Shown: piece by piece, positions 14,585 to 27,400 of the stretch | Numbering within the stretch: position 1 is the stretch's first letter | How the letters are laid out: the number at the start of each line of letters is the position of its first letter | DNA from: Eledone cirrhosa | Lineage: Eukaryota | Direction: 5' to 3' | DNA: 64,000 nucleotides | Assembly (NCBI GenBank): GCA_964016885.1 | Contig: OZ024747.1 | Span: 8,494,001-8,558,000 of the forward strand | Made by a program: the position numbers and the translations under genes | The notes under the pieces: generated by a model | The model's database searches: none | Seen by the model: only the letters and a program-made list of their open reading frames with translations | What the model was told of the DNA's origin: nothing

Positions 14585-16029
14585 GTGTGTTTGAGGATTT
14601 AGTGTTAAACAATAAAAACTAATGACGAAATAATTTTTTTTTTTTTAAATGAAACCCTCAGGGATGTGTGGCCCTGAGCTTATTTAGCTTATTGGTAAGT
14701 CTAGCATTGTGTCTGAAGTTTGGCAAGGGTGATGGATTTGACAAAATGTCTTGTATACTATTCATTCCATCTCATCTTTATTTAATTCCTACCAAGGTTA
14801 ACTTGGTTTTTCATCCTTCCAATAAAATAAAATACCTACTAAATATTGGGGTTGATATTGGGGTTGACTGTTGTCTTCCTCCACCAAAATTTCTTGCCAT
14901 ATGCTCAATAGAAGATTAGGGAAGGGTGAGTGGGGTCTGACTCTGCTGTAGCCAGGGTCCCAATAAAGTGTTTTGCTACCACAAATAATACCCAGAGGTC
15001 CCAGTGAACAATTTTAATGAGGAGACCCATGCAAGGTTAATAAGTGATTATGTTAGAAAAAGTTATTTGAAGTATCAGCTGCAAAATCTGTAAAAGCCAA
15101 GAACTAGATGAAAGAGTAAAATTTGTTTTTACATTGATGATATTACTAGCAAGCTTATAATGAGTTAAAATCTTACTCCAAGCCTTATTCTACATGTGAA
15201 ATATGTTAAATCTGTAATTATCTGACAATAATTTTCACTGTAATCTAGTCTGTAAAATCTTTTAATTTATTTTAACATAATATCCTGTAATCATGCACAT
15301 CATTTCTAGATCTGTCTTGCCAAATGTTCAGTTTTCTATATCTCTCTATAATTCCTTCAATTGTCAAATTCAAATTTGTTTTTTTCCTTCAGCTTAACTC
15401 TTTACATCCTGTACCATATGAAACTACATTAGCAAGACATATTAAAAAAACCCTTACTTTCAAATATATATACATCATCATTGTCATCATCATCATCATT
15501 TTACGTCCATTTTTCCACACTAGCATGGGTTAGACGAGTTGGCCTGTTGTGGACAATGCCAGGTCAGGTGACTATGTCTTACTCATACAGAATTGATTTT
15601 GGCTTGTTTTCTACAGCTGGATGCCCTTCCTAACACCAACCTCAATTACAGTGAGTGCTGGGTGCTTTTTTATCATGGTGCCTGCATGTATATATATCAT
15701 CATTTTACATCGGCTTTCCATGCTAGTATGATGGGTTGTCACAGTTTGAGACCACATGGGTCAGAGTGACCTCATCTTGCTCAATACATTCCCTTATTCG
15801 GTATAGTTGCTGTGGCTAGATGCCCTTTATAGGACCTTAGAGAGTGTATTGGGTGAATCTTTTGCAGCACCAGCACTACTTTCTTTACAAAAGGTAGTGG
15901 GTGTATTTTATTGTGCCACAAGAACTGAAGTGGTTATCAGGTGCTAGGCCAGATTGACCTCATATTGTCTCCATTTGATTGCCAAACACTGTAACCTCCA
16001 GTTGCTTTCATTTACTTTTAGTGTCACAG

Positions 16030-16330
16030 TGTTTATATTGCTGGAAAAGAGGTCTTTTGCATCATTGTATATTGCCAGTCACCTCAGTCCTGTGTCAACT
16101 CCTTCATCAGGTTCAGTTTCTTGAAGTCATTCTTCACAATTTTTGTTCCATGTCTTGGTCACCCTCTTCACCAGGTCCTAGCCACTTCAAGTATTCAGCA
16201 CATTTTTATATAACTGTCATGCTCCCTACACATCTCATGACCATACATTCAATTCTACTTACTCTCTCAACTAACCTCTAATTTGTCATTCACTTAAACA
16301 AGCATTACCCATCCATGCATGATCACTTCT
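16030..16330 (-). mobile_element. Degenerate RTE LINE 3' fragment
   Basis: Minus-strand remnants resembling YGHE..RGRP..KNDFKKLNL..DWQ. Confidence 0.55.
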
Positions 16331-17085
16331 TTTTAGCCACCACAAAGCTTCTTTATATATATATCCTCAAGAATTCCTAACAACATAGATTCTAACACCA
16401 ATAAATAAAATAATTAGATAAATAATAATAATAATTGTTTCTGATTTAGGCACAAGGCCAACAATTATGGGGTAGGGGGAAGTTGATTAAATCGACCTCA
16501 GTGTATTACTGGTACTTTGTTTTATCAACCCCGTAAGGATGAAAGGCAAAGCTAACCTCAGTGGGATTTGAACTGAGAATGTAAAGTGTTAGAACAAATA
16601 GTTGTTTCTACTTTAGGCACAAGGCCAGCAATTACCAGTGTATTACTGGTACTTTATTTTATCGACCCCGTCAGAGTATTTCTTCCAATGAATGATCCTC
16701 AGCAAGACCAGGGTTTAAAATTGGGTCAGTGGTTGGCTGTCCTCAGTCAGCAGCAGTAAAACAATCATCACCATCAACTCAACAACTGTAGCAGCATCAT
16801 CATCACCACATACACACATACATACCTTTACCTGCATACACACAGATACACACATATGTATATATTTATATGTATATATATAAATGTATGCACACACACA
16901 CAAAATGTACATATATATATATACATGCACAAAAAACACACACAAAAATACATATATATATATATATATGTATATATTAATCATTTATATTTGCAAACAA
17001 TATTTCCTTCAAGATAATAATAATGATATAGATTGAGACTATTTTCTTTTCATTGGTTAAAAGTCATGTTTGATAGACTACTTAC

Positions 17086-17124
17086 CACATCTCCATAACA
17101 AGGCCTTATATACTTGGATGCATT
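17086..17124 (-). CDS. Small coding exon (39 nt, phase 0-0): NASKYIRPCYGDV
   Basis: Strong acceptor attattctttcag| and consensus donor gtg|gtaagt; length is a multiple of 3 and open in phase 0; same strand and phase as the repeat exons. Confidence 0.7.
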
Positions 17125-17379
17125 CTGAAAGAATAATGACAATAAAGTGTTTTAAATCTTGTATCACTGGTGGCAATTTTATATCAATTTTATTTTCAAA
17201 ATAATAACCCAGTTGTTACCATATTTCTATGTTGAATATAATCAAGAATTTGGAGGGATTTTGTAATATAACTAATTTTCTCATTAATATGTTGCTGTTC
17301 GGAACATAACATAACAAAGGTTCTTATAAAAATTATCATGGAATTTTTTTTTATATATATGTAAACCAGCTTTACCACT

Positions 17380-18060
17380 TTGTGATGTGGTAGAGTTGGT
17401 GCCACAACAAAAACCATTCAGTCCACCCTGTAGGATGGTAGTGCCAGTGTCATGATAAAATGCATCCAGTCTACCCTGTAAGGTGGTTGTGTTGGTACCA
17501 CAATAAAATGCATCCAGTCTACCCTGTAAGGTGGTTGTGTTGGTACCACGATAAAATGCATCCAGTCTACCCTGTAAGGTGGTTGTGTTGGTGCCACAAC
17601 AAAAAGCACTGTCCACCCTGTAGGATGGTAGACCCAGTGCCATGATAATATGCACCAGTCCACCCTGTAAGGTGGTTGTGTTGGTGCCACGATAAAATGC
17701 ATCCAGTCCACCCTGTGAGGTGGTAGTGTTGGTGCCACAACAAAAAGAACTCAATCCACCCTGTAATATTGTAGTGCTGGTGCCACGATAAAATGTATCC
17801 AGTCTACCTTGCAAGATGCTAGTGCTGGTGCCACAATAAAAAGCACTCAGTCCACCCTGTAAGGTGATAGTGCTGGTGCCACAATAAAAAGCACTCAGTC
17901 CACCCTGTAAGGTGATAGTGCTGGTGCCACAATAAAAAGCACTCAGTCCACCCTGTAAGGTGATAGTGCTGGTGCCACAACAAAAATCATCCGGTCAACC
18001 CAGAAAGGTGGTAGTACCAGTCGTGATAAAATGCTCCTAGTATACACTGTAAAGTAGTTG
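17380..18060. repeat. ~55-bp tandem array, about 12 copies, expanded from an internal SINE segment
   Basis: Unit ggtgccacaataaaaagcactcagtccaccctgtaaggt...; continues into the SINE-type tail gaaagggtatccagctgtagaaac. Confidence 0.85.
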
Positions 18061-18140
18061 ACATTAGAAAGGGTATCCAGCTGTAGAAACTAAGCCAAAA
18101 ACGAAGTGTAAGACTGAGATGATGTCACCTGACCAATCTG

Positions 18141-18247
18141 GCTTCAGTACATGACAATCTAACTTCAGTACATGACAATCTAACTTCAGTACATGACAAT
18201 CTAACTTCAGTACATGACAATCTAACTTCAGTACATGACAATCTAAC
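18141..18247. repeat. 21-bp tandem repeat aacttcagtacatgacaatct, 5 copies
   Basis: Direct inspection. Confidence 0.9.
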
Positions 18248-19082
18248 CCATGGAAAATAGATGATCAACAAGGAAGATGATCAACATTTTGATGCTTTTG
18301 TTGTTATATTTCTAATGAAAAGATTTCCTATAAATTTCAAATCATGTTGTAAATAATCAAGAATTTGGAGTGATTTGGTAATATAACAAATTTTCTCATT
18401 ATCAAGCTGGTGTTTGGAAGATAACATAGCAAGGGTTCTTATATAAAATTAAGATGGAAGATTTTGACATACATATACACACTTTAAAACAAACAGTTTT
18501 GTATCATAGAACCAAGGACAGATTTAGGTAATTTGGTATCAAAAGGGTTGAGAATTTTGGAAATAACTACAGAGAAGAAGAATATATGAAGAATATGTAA
18601 AAAATGTGATGCTTGGGGATGGTAATGAAAAATTGGTTTGGAAAGATTGTGGCGACTCCATTGTTGCTTTTTCTGTTGACTCAGATGAGATAACACATAA
18701 AATTTATCCTGTGGAGGGATTTGAAATCTGCATATAAAGAAATGAATATTGTTAGTTTAATTCCCAGTAGCACTAACACAGTGTGATTCATTACAGAGGC
18801 ATATATGAAAGCATATACTGAGATAACTGTGACATTTCCCACAGTGAAACCTATATATTTTATTAAACATAAACATATTGTATATACTTTCATATACACC
18901 TCTAATACTGTTAGGTTAGTCTGGCATTCTCTAGCTTCTTGGTCATTTTTATCTGGACAAATGATTTTGAGAAATTTGCCTAAAATAATTGAAGTTGCTT
19001 TTTAATTAGAATTAGGCTTAGATAAAGAGAAATATCTAAAAACCACAAGTAATTTCAAGGAATATAAGTGTAGTGGGGGTTA

Positions 19083-19116
<34 letters not shown>

Positions 19117-19129
19117 ATATTCATGTGTA

Positions 19130-19340
19130 TATATGTTTACTGGTGTAAACCAGGGTGTTGAGTTGTGTGTTTTCATGTCAAAAGCATAATGTAGCAATTC
19201 ATTCAATAAATAGAGATCAATAAAATAAGTACCTGACTGAAATAAGCGCTGGGGTCGATATGATCGACTAAAACCCTTGAAGGCGGTGCCCCAGCATGGC
19301 CACAGTTCAATGACTAAAACCAGGAAAAGATTAAAAGAGT
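19130..19340 (+). mobile_element. Third SINE-like family, 3' part
   Basis: ctggggtcgat...gaaggcggtgccccagcatggccacagt motif, also at about 38200-38378 (+), 41885-42050 (-) and 51335-51390 (-). Confidence 0.6.
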
Positions 19341-19433
19341 AGAAGAATATGAATGAAAGGAATGAAATATAACATAGTGTATACATGTCCCAAAATAGGG
19401 ACAGCTATCTTTGGGCCAATCAGAAAATCTTAC

Positions 19434-19448
19434 ATATCCTTGATTATC
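19434..19448 (-). CDS. Candidate 15-nt microexon (phase 0-0): DNQGY
   Basis: Context tttttccttggttatcag|gataatcaaggatat|gtaagat; resembles the candidate at 52083-52097 in length, donor and acceptor context. Confidence 0.45.
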
Positions 19449-20087
19449 CTGATAACCAAGGAAAAATGCCCTTGACTCCAGGGGCAGATTAAGTTTGCAT
19501 AGGGCCCCTGGCTGAAAATTTCATTGGGGTCCTTGCCTATTATTTATGGTTGTAAAAAGATTGTGAGCCCTTTATTGTGGTCCACATAGCTGCAGCTCTG
19601 TCAGCCCCTGTCTCATGCCCTAAACCATTATTGCTCTCTTTGATGTGGTCCTAAACCTATCATCTTATATTCAGATAGGCTCACTCATTCAGCCCAAGGT
19701 TTCTATGCTAAGTGTATTTATTATTGAAGGTGTTACATCTCTATTAACATTACTCTTCATCTTCCTGTGTTCTTGAAGAATTTGATAGCTAAGGTTGGTT
19801 GACCAGAGAGGAAAACAACTCTATTCTCTGTCCTCTCAGTCTTTTACATTAGCAGAATGACAAAATGTAGGGTTGGAGTGTAATAAACTGATTTATTTCC
19901 AGTATATCACTGGTATTATTTTATCTACACCAGAAAGTTGATTAAATCAAACCCAGTACTTGACTTGAACTTTATTTTATCGACCCCAGAAGGATGAAAG
20001 GCAAAGTTGACCTGTTCAGGATTTGAACTCAGAACACAAAGAGCTAAAACAAAGTATTTGGTTGATGCTCTAACTATTCTGCCAATC

Positions 20088-20258
20088 CTTAAATATGGAA
20101 TATTTCAAATGGACTCCCGCTCTCCACTTGCCTTATGTCTATCACTGTCACCTTTAACTGAGATGTTAAACAGGACTGGACTTAGATACAAATGGTATGG
20201 CAAAAAACAAAATCAGCCATCTCTTGTACATGGACAGCCTCAAGTTGTTTGCTGCAGA
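20088..20258 (+). mobile_element. Reverse-transcriptase fragment of an RLE-type (R4/Dong-like) non-LTR element
   Basis: GIFQMDSRSPLALCLSLSPL and, after a frameshift, ISHLLYMDSLKLFA, matching the GIFQGDSLSP and YMDDLKL motifs. Confidence 0.7.
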
Positions 20259-20448
20259 TAATAATTGTTTCTACTTTAGGCACAAGGCCAGCAATTACAC
20301 AGTGCATTACTGGTACTTTATTTTATCGACCCCGTAAGGATGAAAGGCAAAGTCAACCTCGGCGGGATTTGAACTCAGATCGTAAAGGGACGTAACTATG
20401 CTGGAAGGCATGGCGTCCGACCCTCTACCGATACTGCCAATCCACGCA
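20259..20448 (-). mobile_element. Second SINE family (central gcctttcatccttacggggtcgataaaataaagtaccag; TTA tail)
   Basis: B box gagttcaaatccc; further copies at about 16430-16670, 19920-20085, 33800-33995, 34680-34790, 40430-40630, 50677-50858 (+) and 51005-51172. Confidence 0.8.
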
Positions 20449-21021
20449 GATAATAATGAACTGGAAACACTACTACAGACAGTACACTGAGTTACAAGAG
20501 AGATTGATATATGAGATTTGGTTGCTATTTCTAGTAGGTTCAGTGACCATGTAAAAATATCCACCGTCATATGTATATATATATATATATATATGTGTAT
20601 GTATATATATATGTATGTAAGTACATACGTATGTATGTTGGTTTGTTTGTTTTTCGCCAATTATAAAAGTTCAAATTAAAGTCTTTCCCAATCCCAGAGG
20701 CTTATCAGGTCTATGTCTATCTCGGTTTCATCGGTGTTAAGTGACTAAGTGTACAATATTTCCCCAGACAGGATGACTGTCTATCACAAGAATAACCCCC
20801 AGCAACTCCTGGTACACATTTTCAGCCCGGTGTACTGGAGCAATGGGAAGTTAAGTGTTTTGCTCAAAAACACGACACACCACTCTGTCCAGGAATCAAA
20901 CCTACAACTTTATGATCTTCAGTAAAAAATATGAGAGTTTATATCCAAACAACCCACTTCTATGACAAAGTTTTCTTGTCTAAACAGTTCAACAAAATTG
21001 GGAGGGACCACTCCACTGACC

Positions 21022-21800
21022 ACCTAGCAATAGTACTCCTAGCTATGGTACTCCTTGCTACACCACTCCTAGCTGTGGTACTCCTAGCTATACTTCCCCT
21101 AGTTATGGTACTCTTAGCTATGCTACTTCTTGCTACACTACTCCTAGCTATGGTACTCCTAGCTACACCACTCCTAGCTGTGGTACTCCTTGCTACACCA
21201 CTCCTAGCTGTGGTACTCCTAGATATACTACTCCTAGTAATTCTACTAACTATTGTACTCATAGGTATGTGATTCCTAGCAATGCTACTCCTAGCATTGT
21301 TACTCCTGGCTATATTACTTCTAGCAATGCTACCCCTAGCAATGCTACTCCTAGCATTGTTACTCCTGGCTATATTACTTCTAGCAATGCTACCCCTAGC
21401 AATGCTATTCCTAGCATTGTTACTCCTGGCTATATTACTTCTAGCAATGCTACTCCTAGCAATGCTACCCCTAGCAATGCTATTCCTAGCATTGTTACTC
21501 CTGGCTATATTACTTCTAGCAATGCTACTCCTAGCAATGCCAATCCTAGCATTGTTACTCCTGGCTATATTACTTCTAGCAATGCTACTCCTAGCAATGC
21601 CAATCCTAGCAATGCTACTCCTAGCAATGCCAATCCTAGCAATGCTACTCCTAGCAATGCCAATCCTAGCAATGCTACTCCTAGCAATGCCAATCCTAGC
21701 AATGCTACCCCTAGCAAGGCCAATCCTAGCTATATTACTCCTATCAATGCTACCCCTAGCAGGACCAATCCTAGCTATGCTACTCTTAACAATACTACCC
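21022..21800. repeat. 15-bp minisatellite ctcctagc(a/t)atg(c/g)ta, about 50 copies
   Basis: Direct inspection. Confidence 0.92.
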
Positions 21801-22338
21801 CAAGGTATGGTATAAAGTTACTTCATAACTTTACTGGTGTGGAGCAGTGTCAGCTGTCATGGATTCTGTATCTTACCTTATAAAATAATTAACCTTATTT
21901 AACTTTTAACATCTTGTAATGATTTGGTAGAAAATGTTTAAAAACGGTTTGTTAATTACAAATCTTATAGTATCTTTATTCGTTGACAGGTCTTTGTGAA
22001 ATTTTATTGTAAACTAATGTAATGACTTCAGTTTTTCATGTGATGGAGTCATAGTGTTGCTTTGTACTTTATAAGAATATTTTGTTAATATGGTTTGTTA
22101 ATTCAGATGTTTATAGTATCTTTAGTAGTGGACAGATTGTTGTTAAAACTTGCAGTATTGGAGTAAAGATTTAATTTTGAATAATATGTAGTCATAGTGC
22201 TGTTATGCACTTGTCAAGAATGGCTAGCTAACATGGCTTCATACAACACAGGATGTTAAGAGTTAATAATATCATCAACTGAAGATCTTAACTTCAGATG
22301 ATATGGTGTCTCTGATTTATAACAACCAACTTTTTTAC

Positions 22339-22494
22339 CTGTGAAGTCATTGGTGGCTTAATTGCTGTAGTTGAGGCTTTCCACTCGTTTTGAGGTTCTA
22401 ACACAAAGTAGAACTGGCTTGAGGAATCTATCAGTTGCGACTCTGTATTCCGCCTTTCATTAAGGTTTCGTGCTAAAGTAGCCGAATGACGGTT
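22339..22494 (-). CDS. Internal coding exon, repeat module copy C (156 nt, phase 0-0): NRHSATLARNLNERRNTESQLIDSSSQFYFVLEPQNEWKASTTAIKPPMTSQ
   Basis: Acceptor ctccttcttttcag| and donor cag|gtaaaa; 52 open codons; paralog of copies A and B. Confidence 0.92.
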
Positions 22495-22900
22495 CTGAAA
22501 AGAAGGAGTAGAAAAATGTGAGTATTTATATTTTTAAAAGACATTATGGGATTATAATGAAAATTTGTGGAATTATACAAATGTGGTTTAGAAACGATTA
22601 CATTATTACTTGGTTTGTTAGACTAGTATAGGGCAGAAAATCTGATTGATGTAGTAGTAACAGTAGTAGTAGTAGTGTTGATTATTTTAGAGCAAATATA
22701 AGCCCAACATTTCTTGAGGAGGTTGTCAGTCATCTGAACTGGTCTCAAATAAAAGACACTTATAAGATGAAAGGGCAGATCTAACTAACTCCATGGTGTC
22801 TGAACTTGAAATACAGAAAGGTTGAGACTGAAAGCCATAACACATGAAATTTAGTAATCTCATAGTCTCAGCTATCTCAACTGACTTTTATTACACTGTA

Positions 22901-23136
22901 TTAATCCTTTTAATACCAAATCACATGAAACTGCCCCTGGTTCTATGATGCAAAGTTATTTATTTTAAAGTGTTTATATTTGTCTAAAAACCTTCCATCA
23001 TAATTCTATGTAAGAACCTTAATGATGAAAAGGTTAGTTATATTACAAAATCTCTTCCAATTCTTTATTATTTTCAAAATAATCTAAACATCATAGGCAG
23101 TGCATTTCATTAGAAATATTGTAATGAAAGGCTTAA
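22901..23136. mobile_element. TTAA-bounded MITE family (ttaaccctttt-gataccaaa...gtaatgaaagggttaa type)
   Basis: Copies or fragments at about 17205-17360, 18290-18551, 50470-50527, 51730-51930, 52160-52360 and 52575-52822. Confidence 0.55.
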
Positions 23137-23484
23137 AACTATTATTAACCAGAGCAGCAATGTAGCATAAACAGCTGAATAATGATCTTAGATTTTAATC
23201 CAAGTTCAAATTGTGCAGAGGTCAGCTTTGCTTTTCATCTGTTCATAGGTTTCTGGCATGCACTAAGGGTGGTTTAATCGATTTTATCTGCAAATTTGTA
23301 GCTTTTGGGGCTAATGTAAGAAACTAGTAACCACAATTACTGATAAAGGAATATGAAAACATAAAAATACTAAATCTGAAATCCAAGATGTAATCCCTGT
23401 CTTAACTTCAAGTAAAACCATGTTAATCTGTTTGTTAAATACCTCAAACAGTTGAGGAAAATGTTTGTTCTAATATGTAATATG

Positions 23485-23920
23485 CATGATTTAGCAGAAA
23501 ACGTTTAAAAGCAGGTTTAATTAATTCAGACGTTTATAATATATTTACTAGTGGACAGATTGTGGCAAAAATGTGCAATGTCAATTCCTAGCACCCAGCT
23601 ACGATTTAGCAGAAAATATCTAAAAACAGGTTTGTTGATTCAAATGTTTATAGTATATTTATTAGTGGGCAGATTTTTGTGAAAATTTACAGTATTATCT
23701 CTTAATAACTTGTAATGATTTAGCAGAAAATATCTAAAGACAGGCTTATTAATTCAAATGTTTATAGTATCTTTACAAGTTGACATATTCTAAAATTTGC
23801 AGTATTATATCTTGACATTCCATAATGATTGAGCAGAAAATATCTAAAAATAGGTGTGTTAACTCAAATGTTTATAGTATCTTTACTAGTGGAGAGATCA
23901 TTGTGAAAACTTGAAGTATC
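23485..23920. repeat. ~115-bp tandem repeat, about 4 copies, with 2 diverged copies at about 21910-22165
   Basis: Unit gatttagcagaaaatatctaaaaacagg...tcaaatgtttatagtatcttta...gtggacagatt. Confidence 0.8.
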
Positions 23921-24427
23921 ATAATAAAGTGAAACATTCAATAAAGCTTGAAATAGTAAAAATATCTCTGGCTCTTTTTAAGATTACACTCATGCTTCAG
24001 TCAAACCCATACTTGTGTGGAAAGTGAATGTAAAATGATATTGATGATGATGATCCTGGACCATTTCAGCTTATAAACCCTCCATTTCTGGTAGTTTCAT
24101 TAACTCATCACTCTACATTAGTTTCAAAGATGGCTGTTCCAATTATACAGTGTGAAATTAATAAGTGGCTAAATATTTCATAAATACATGTACCCTTAAC
24201 GTTTTAGCATTTAAACCGGCCATATCCAGCCAGAATTCTCTCACCTCATTCTGATCAAACCAGCTGTATCCAGCCGCTCATACTGATGTTAAGGTATTGT
24301 TCTCAAAATAGATAATATCAAAATGTCAAAGATTCAATATTATGTGAGATAATTATGGAAGGTAAAACCTTTACCATGAAAATAATAATGGTTTCTGAAT
24401 ATTTGAAATATTTTCAAAAATAATCTA

Positions 24428-27400
24428 AAGTGTTCAAAGCCAGCTATATATGTGTGGGGGGCGGTCAATACTAAGCTATATATGTGTGTGAGAAAGTGTT
24501 CAATACTAAGCTACATGTGTGTGTGTGAGAAAGTGTTCAATACTAAGCTATGTGTGTGTGTGTGAGAAAGTGTTCAATGCTAAGCTATATATGTGTGTGA
24601 GAAAGTGTTCAATACTAAGCTATATGTGTGTGTGAGAAAGTGTTCAATACTAAGCTATATATGTGTGTGTGAGAAAGTGTTCAATGCTAAGCTATATGTG
24701 TGTGTGTGAGAAAGTGTTCAATTCTAAGCTATGTGTGTGTGTGTGAGAAAGTGTTCAATACTAAGCTATATATGTGTGTGTGAGAAAGTGTTCAATACTA
24801 AGCTATATGTGTGTGTGAGAAAGTGTTCAATACTAAGCTATATATGTGTGTGTGAGAAAGTGTTCAATGCTAAGCTATATGTGTGTGTGTGAGAAAGTGT
24901 TCAATACTAAGCTATGTGTGTGTGTGTGAGAAAGTGTTCAATACTAAGCTATATATGTGTGTGTGAGAAAGTGTTCAATACTAAGCTATATGTGTGTGTG
25001 TGAGAAAGTGTTCAATACTAAGCTATATATGTGTGTGTGAGAAAGTGTTCAATACTAAGCTACATGTGTGTGTGTGAGAAAGTGTTCAATACTAAGCTAT
25101 ATATGTGTGTGAGAAAGTGTTCAATACTAAGCTACATGTGTGTGTGTGAGAAAGTGTTCAATGCTAAGCTACATGTGTGTGTGTGAGAAAGTGTTCAATA
25201 CTAAGCTATATGTGTGTGTGTGAGAAAGTGTTCAATACTAAGCTATGTGTGTGTGAGAAAGTGTTCAATGCTAAGCTATATATGTGTGTGTGAGAAAGTG
25301 TTCAATACTAAGCTATATGTGTGTGTGAGAAAGTGTTCAATACTAAGCTATATGTGTGTGTGTGAGAAAGTGTTCAATACTAAGCTACATGTGTGTGTGT
25401 GAGAAAGTGTTCAATACTAAGCTATGTGTGTGTGAGAAAGTGTTCAATGCTAAGCTATATATGTGTGTGTGAGAAAGTGTTCAATACTAAGCTATATGTG
25501 TGTGTGAGAAAGTGTTCAATACTAAGCTATATGTGTGTGTGTGAGAAAGTGTTCAATACTAAGCTATATGTGTGTGTGTGAGAAAGTGTTCAATACTAAG
25601 CTATATGTGTGTGTGTGAGAAAGTGTTCAATGCTAAGCTACATGTGTGTGTGTGAGAAAGTGTTCAATACTAAGCTATATGTGTGTGTGTGAGAAAGTGT
25701 TCAATACTAAGCTACATGTGTGTGTGTGAGAAAGTGTTCAATACTAAGCTATATGTGTGTGTGTGAGAAAGTGTTCAATACTAAGCTACATGTGTGTGTG
25801 TGAGAAAGTGTTCAATACTAAGCTACATGTGTGTGTGTGAGAAAGTGTTCAATACTAAGCTACATGTGTGTGTGTGAGAAAGTGTTCAATACTAAGCTAC
25901 ATGTGTGTGTGTGAGAAAGTGTTCAATACTAAGCTATATGTGTGTGTGTGAGAAAGTGTTCAATACTAAGCTATATGTGTGTGTGTGAGAAAGTGTTCAA
26001 TACTAAGCTACATGTGTGTGTGTGAGAAAGTGTTCAATACTAAGCTATATGTGTGTGTGTGAGAAAGTGTTCAATACTAAGCTATATGTGTGTGTGTGAG
26101 AAAGTGTTCAATACTAAGCTACATGTGTGTGTGTGAGAAAGTGTTCAATACTAAGCTACATGTGTGTGTGTGAGAAAGTGTTCAATACTAAGCTACATGT
26201 GTGTGTGTGAGAAAGTGTTCAATACTAAGCTATATGTGTGTGTGTGAGAAAGTGTTCAATACTAAGCTATATGTGTGTGTGTGAGAAAGTGTTCAATACT
26301 AAGCTACATGTGTGTGTGTGAGAAAGTGTTCAATACTAAGCTATATGTGTGTGTGTGAGAAAGTGTTCAATACTAAGCTATATGTGTGTGTGTGAGAAAG
26401 TGTTCAATACTAAGCTACATGTGTGTGTGTGAGAAAGTGTTCAATACTAAGCTATATGTGTGTGTGTGAGAAAGTGTTCAATACTAAGCTATATGTGTGT
26501 GTGTGAGAAAGTGTTCAATACTAAGCTACATGTGTGTGTGTGAGAAAGTGTTCAATACTAAGCTACATGTGTGTGTGTGAGAAAGTGTTCAATACTAAGC
26601 TACATGTGTGTGTGTGAGAAAGTGTTCAATACTAAGCTATATGTGTGTGTGTGAGAAAGTGTTCAATACTAAGCTATATGTGTGTGTGTGAGAAAGTGTT
26701 CAATACTAAGCTACATGTGTGTGTGTGAGAAAGTGTTCAATACTAAGCTATATGTGTGTGTGTGAGAAAGTGTTCAATACTAAGCTATATGTGTGTGTGT
26801 GAGAAAGTGTTCAATACTAAGCTACATGTGTGTGTGTGAGAAAGTGTTCAATACTAAGCTACATGTGTGTGTGTGAGAAAGTGTTCAATACTAAGCTACA
26901 TGTGTGTGTGTGAGAAAGTGTTCAATACTAAGCTATATGTGTGTGTGTGAGAAAGTGTTCAATACTAAGCTATATGTGTGTGTGTGAGAAAGTGTTCAAT
27001 ACTAAGCTATATGTGTGTGTGTGAGAAAGTGTTCAATACTAAGCTACATGTGTGTGTGTGAGAAAGTGTTCAATACTAAGCTACATGTGTGTGTGTGAGA
27101 AAGTGTTCAATACTAAGCTACATGTGTGTGTGTGAGAAAGTGTTCAATACTAAGCTATATGTGTGTGTGTGAGAAAGTGTTCAATACTAAGCTACATGTG
27201 TGTGTGTGAGAAAGTGTTCAATACTAAGCTACATGTGTGTGTGTGAGAAAGTGTTCAATACTAAGCTATATGTGTGTGTGTGAGAAAGTGTTCAATACTA
27301 AGCTACATGTGTGTGTGTGAGAAAGTGTTCAATACTAAGCTACATGTGTGTGTGTGAGAAAGTGTTCAATACTAAGCTATATGTGTGTGTGTGAGAAAGT

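Noticed and set aside
20931-21883. NATPS mucin-like and poly-Leu ORFs
   Set aside because: A 15-bp minisatellite open in several frames; no convincing splice sites.
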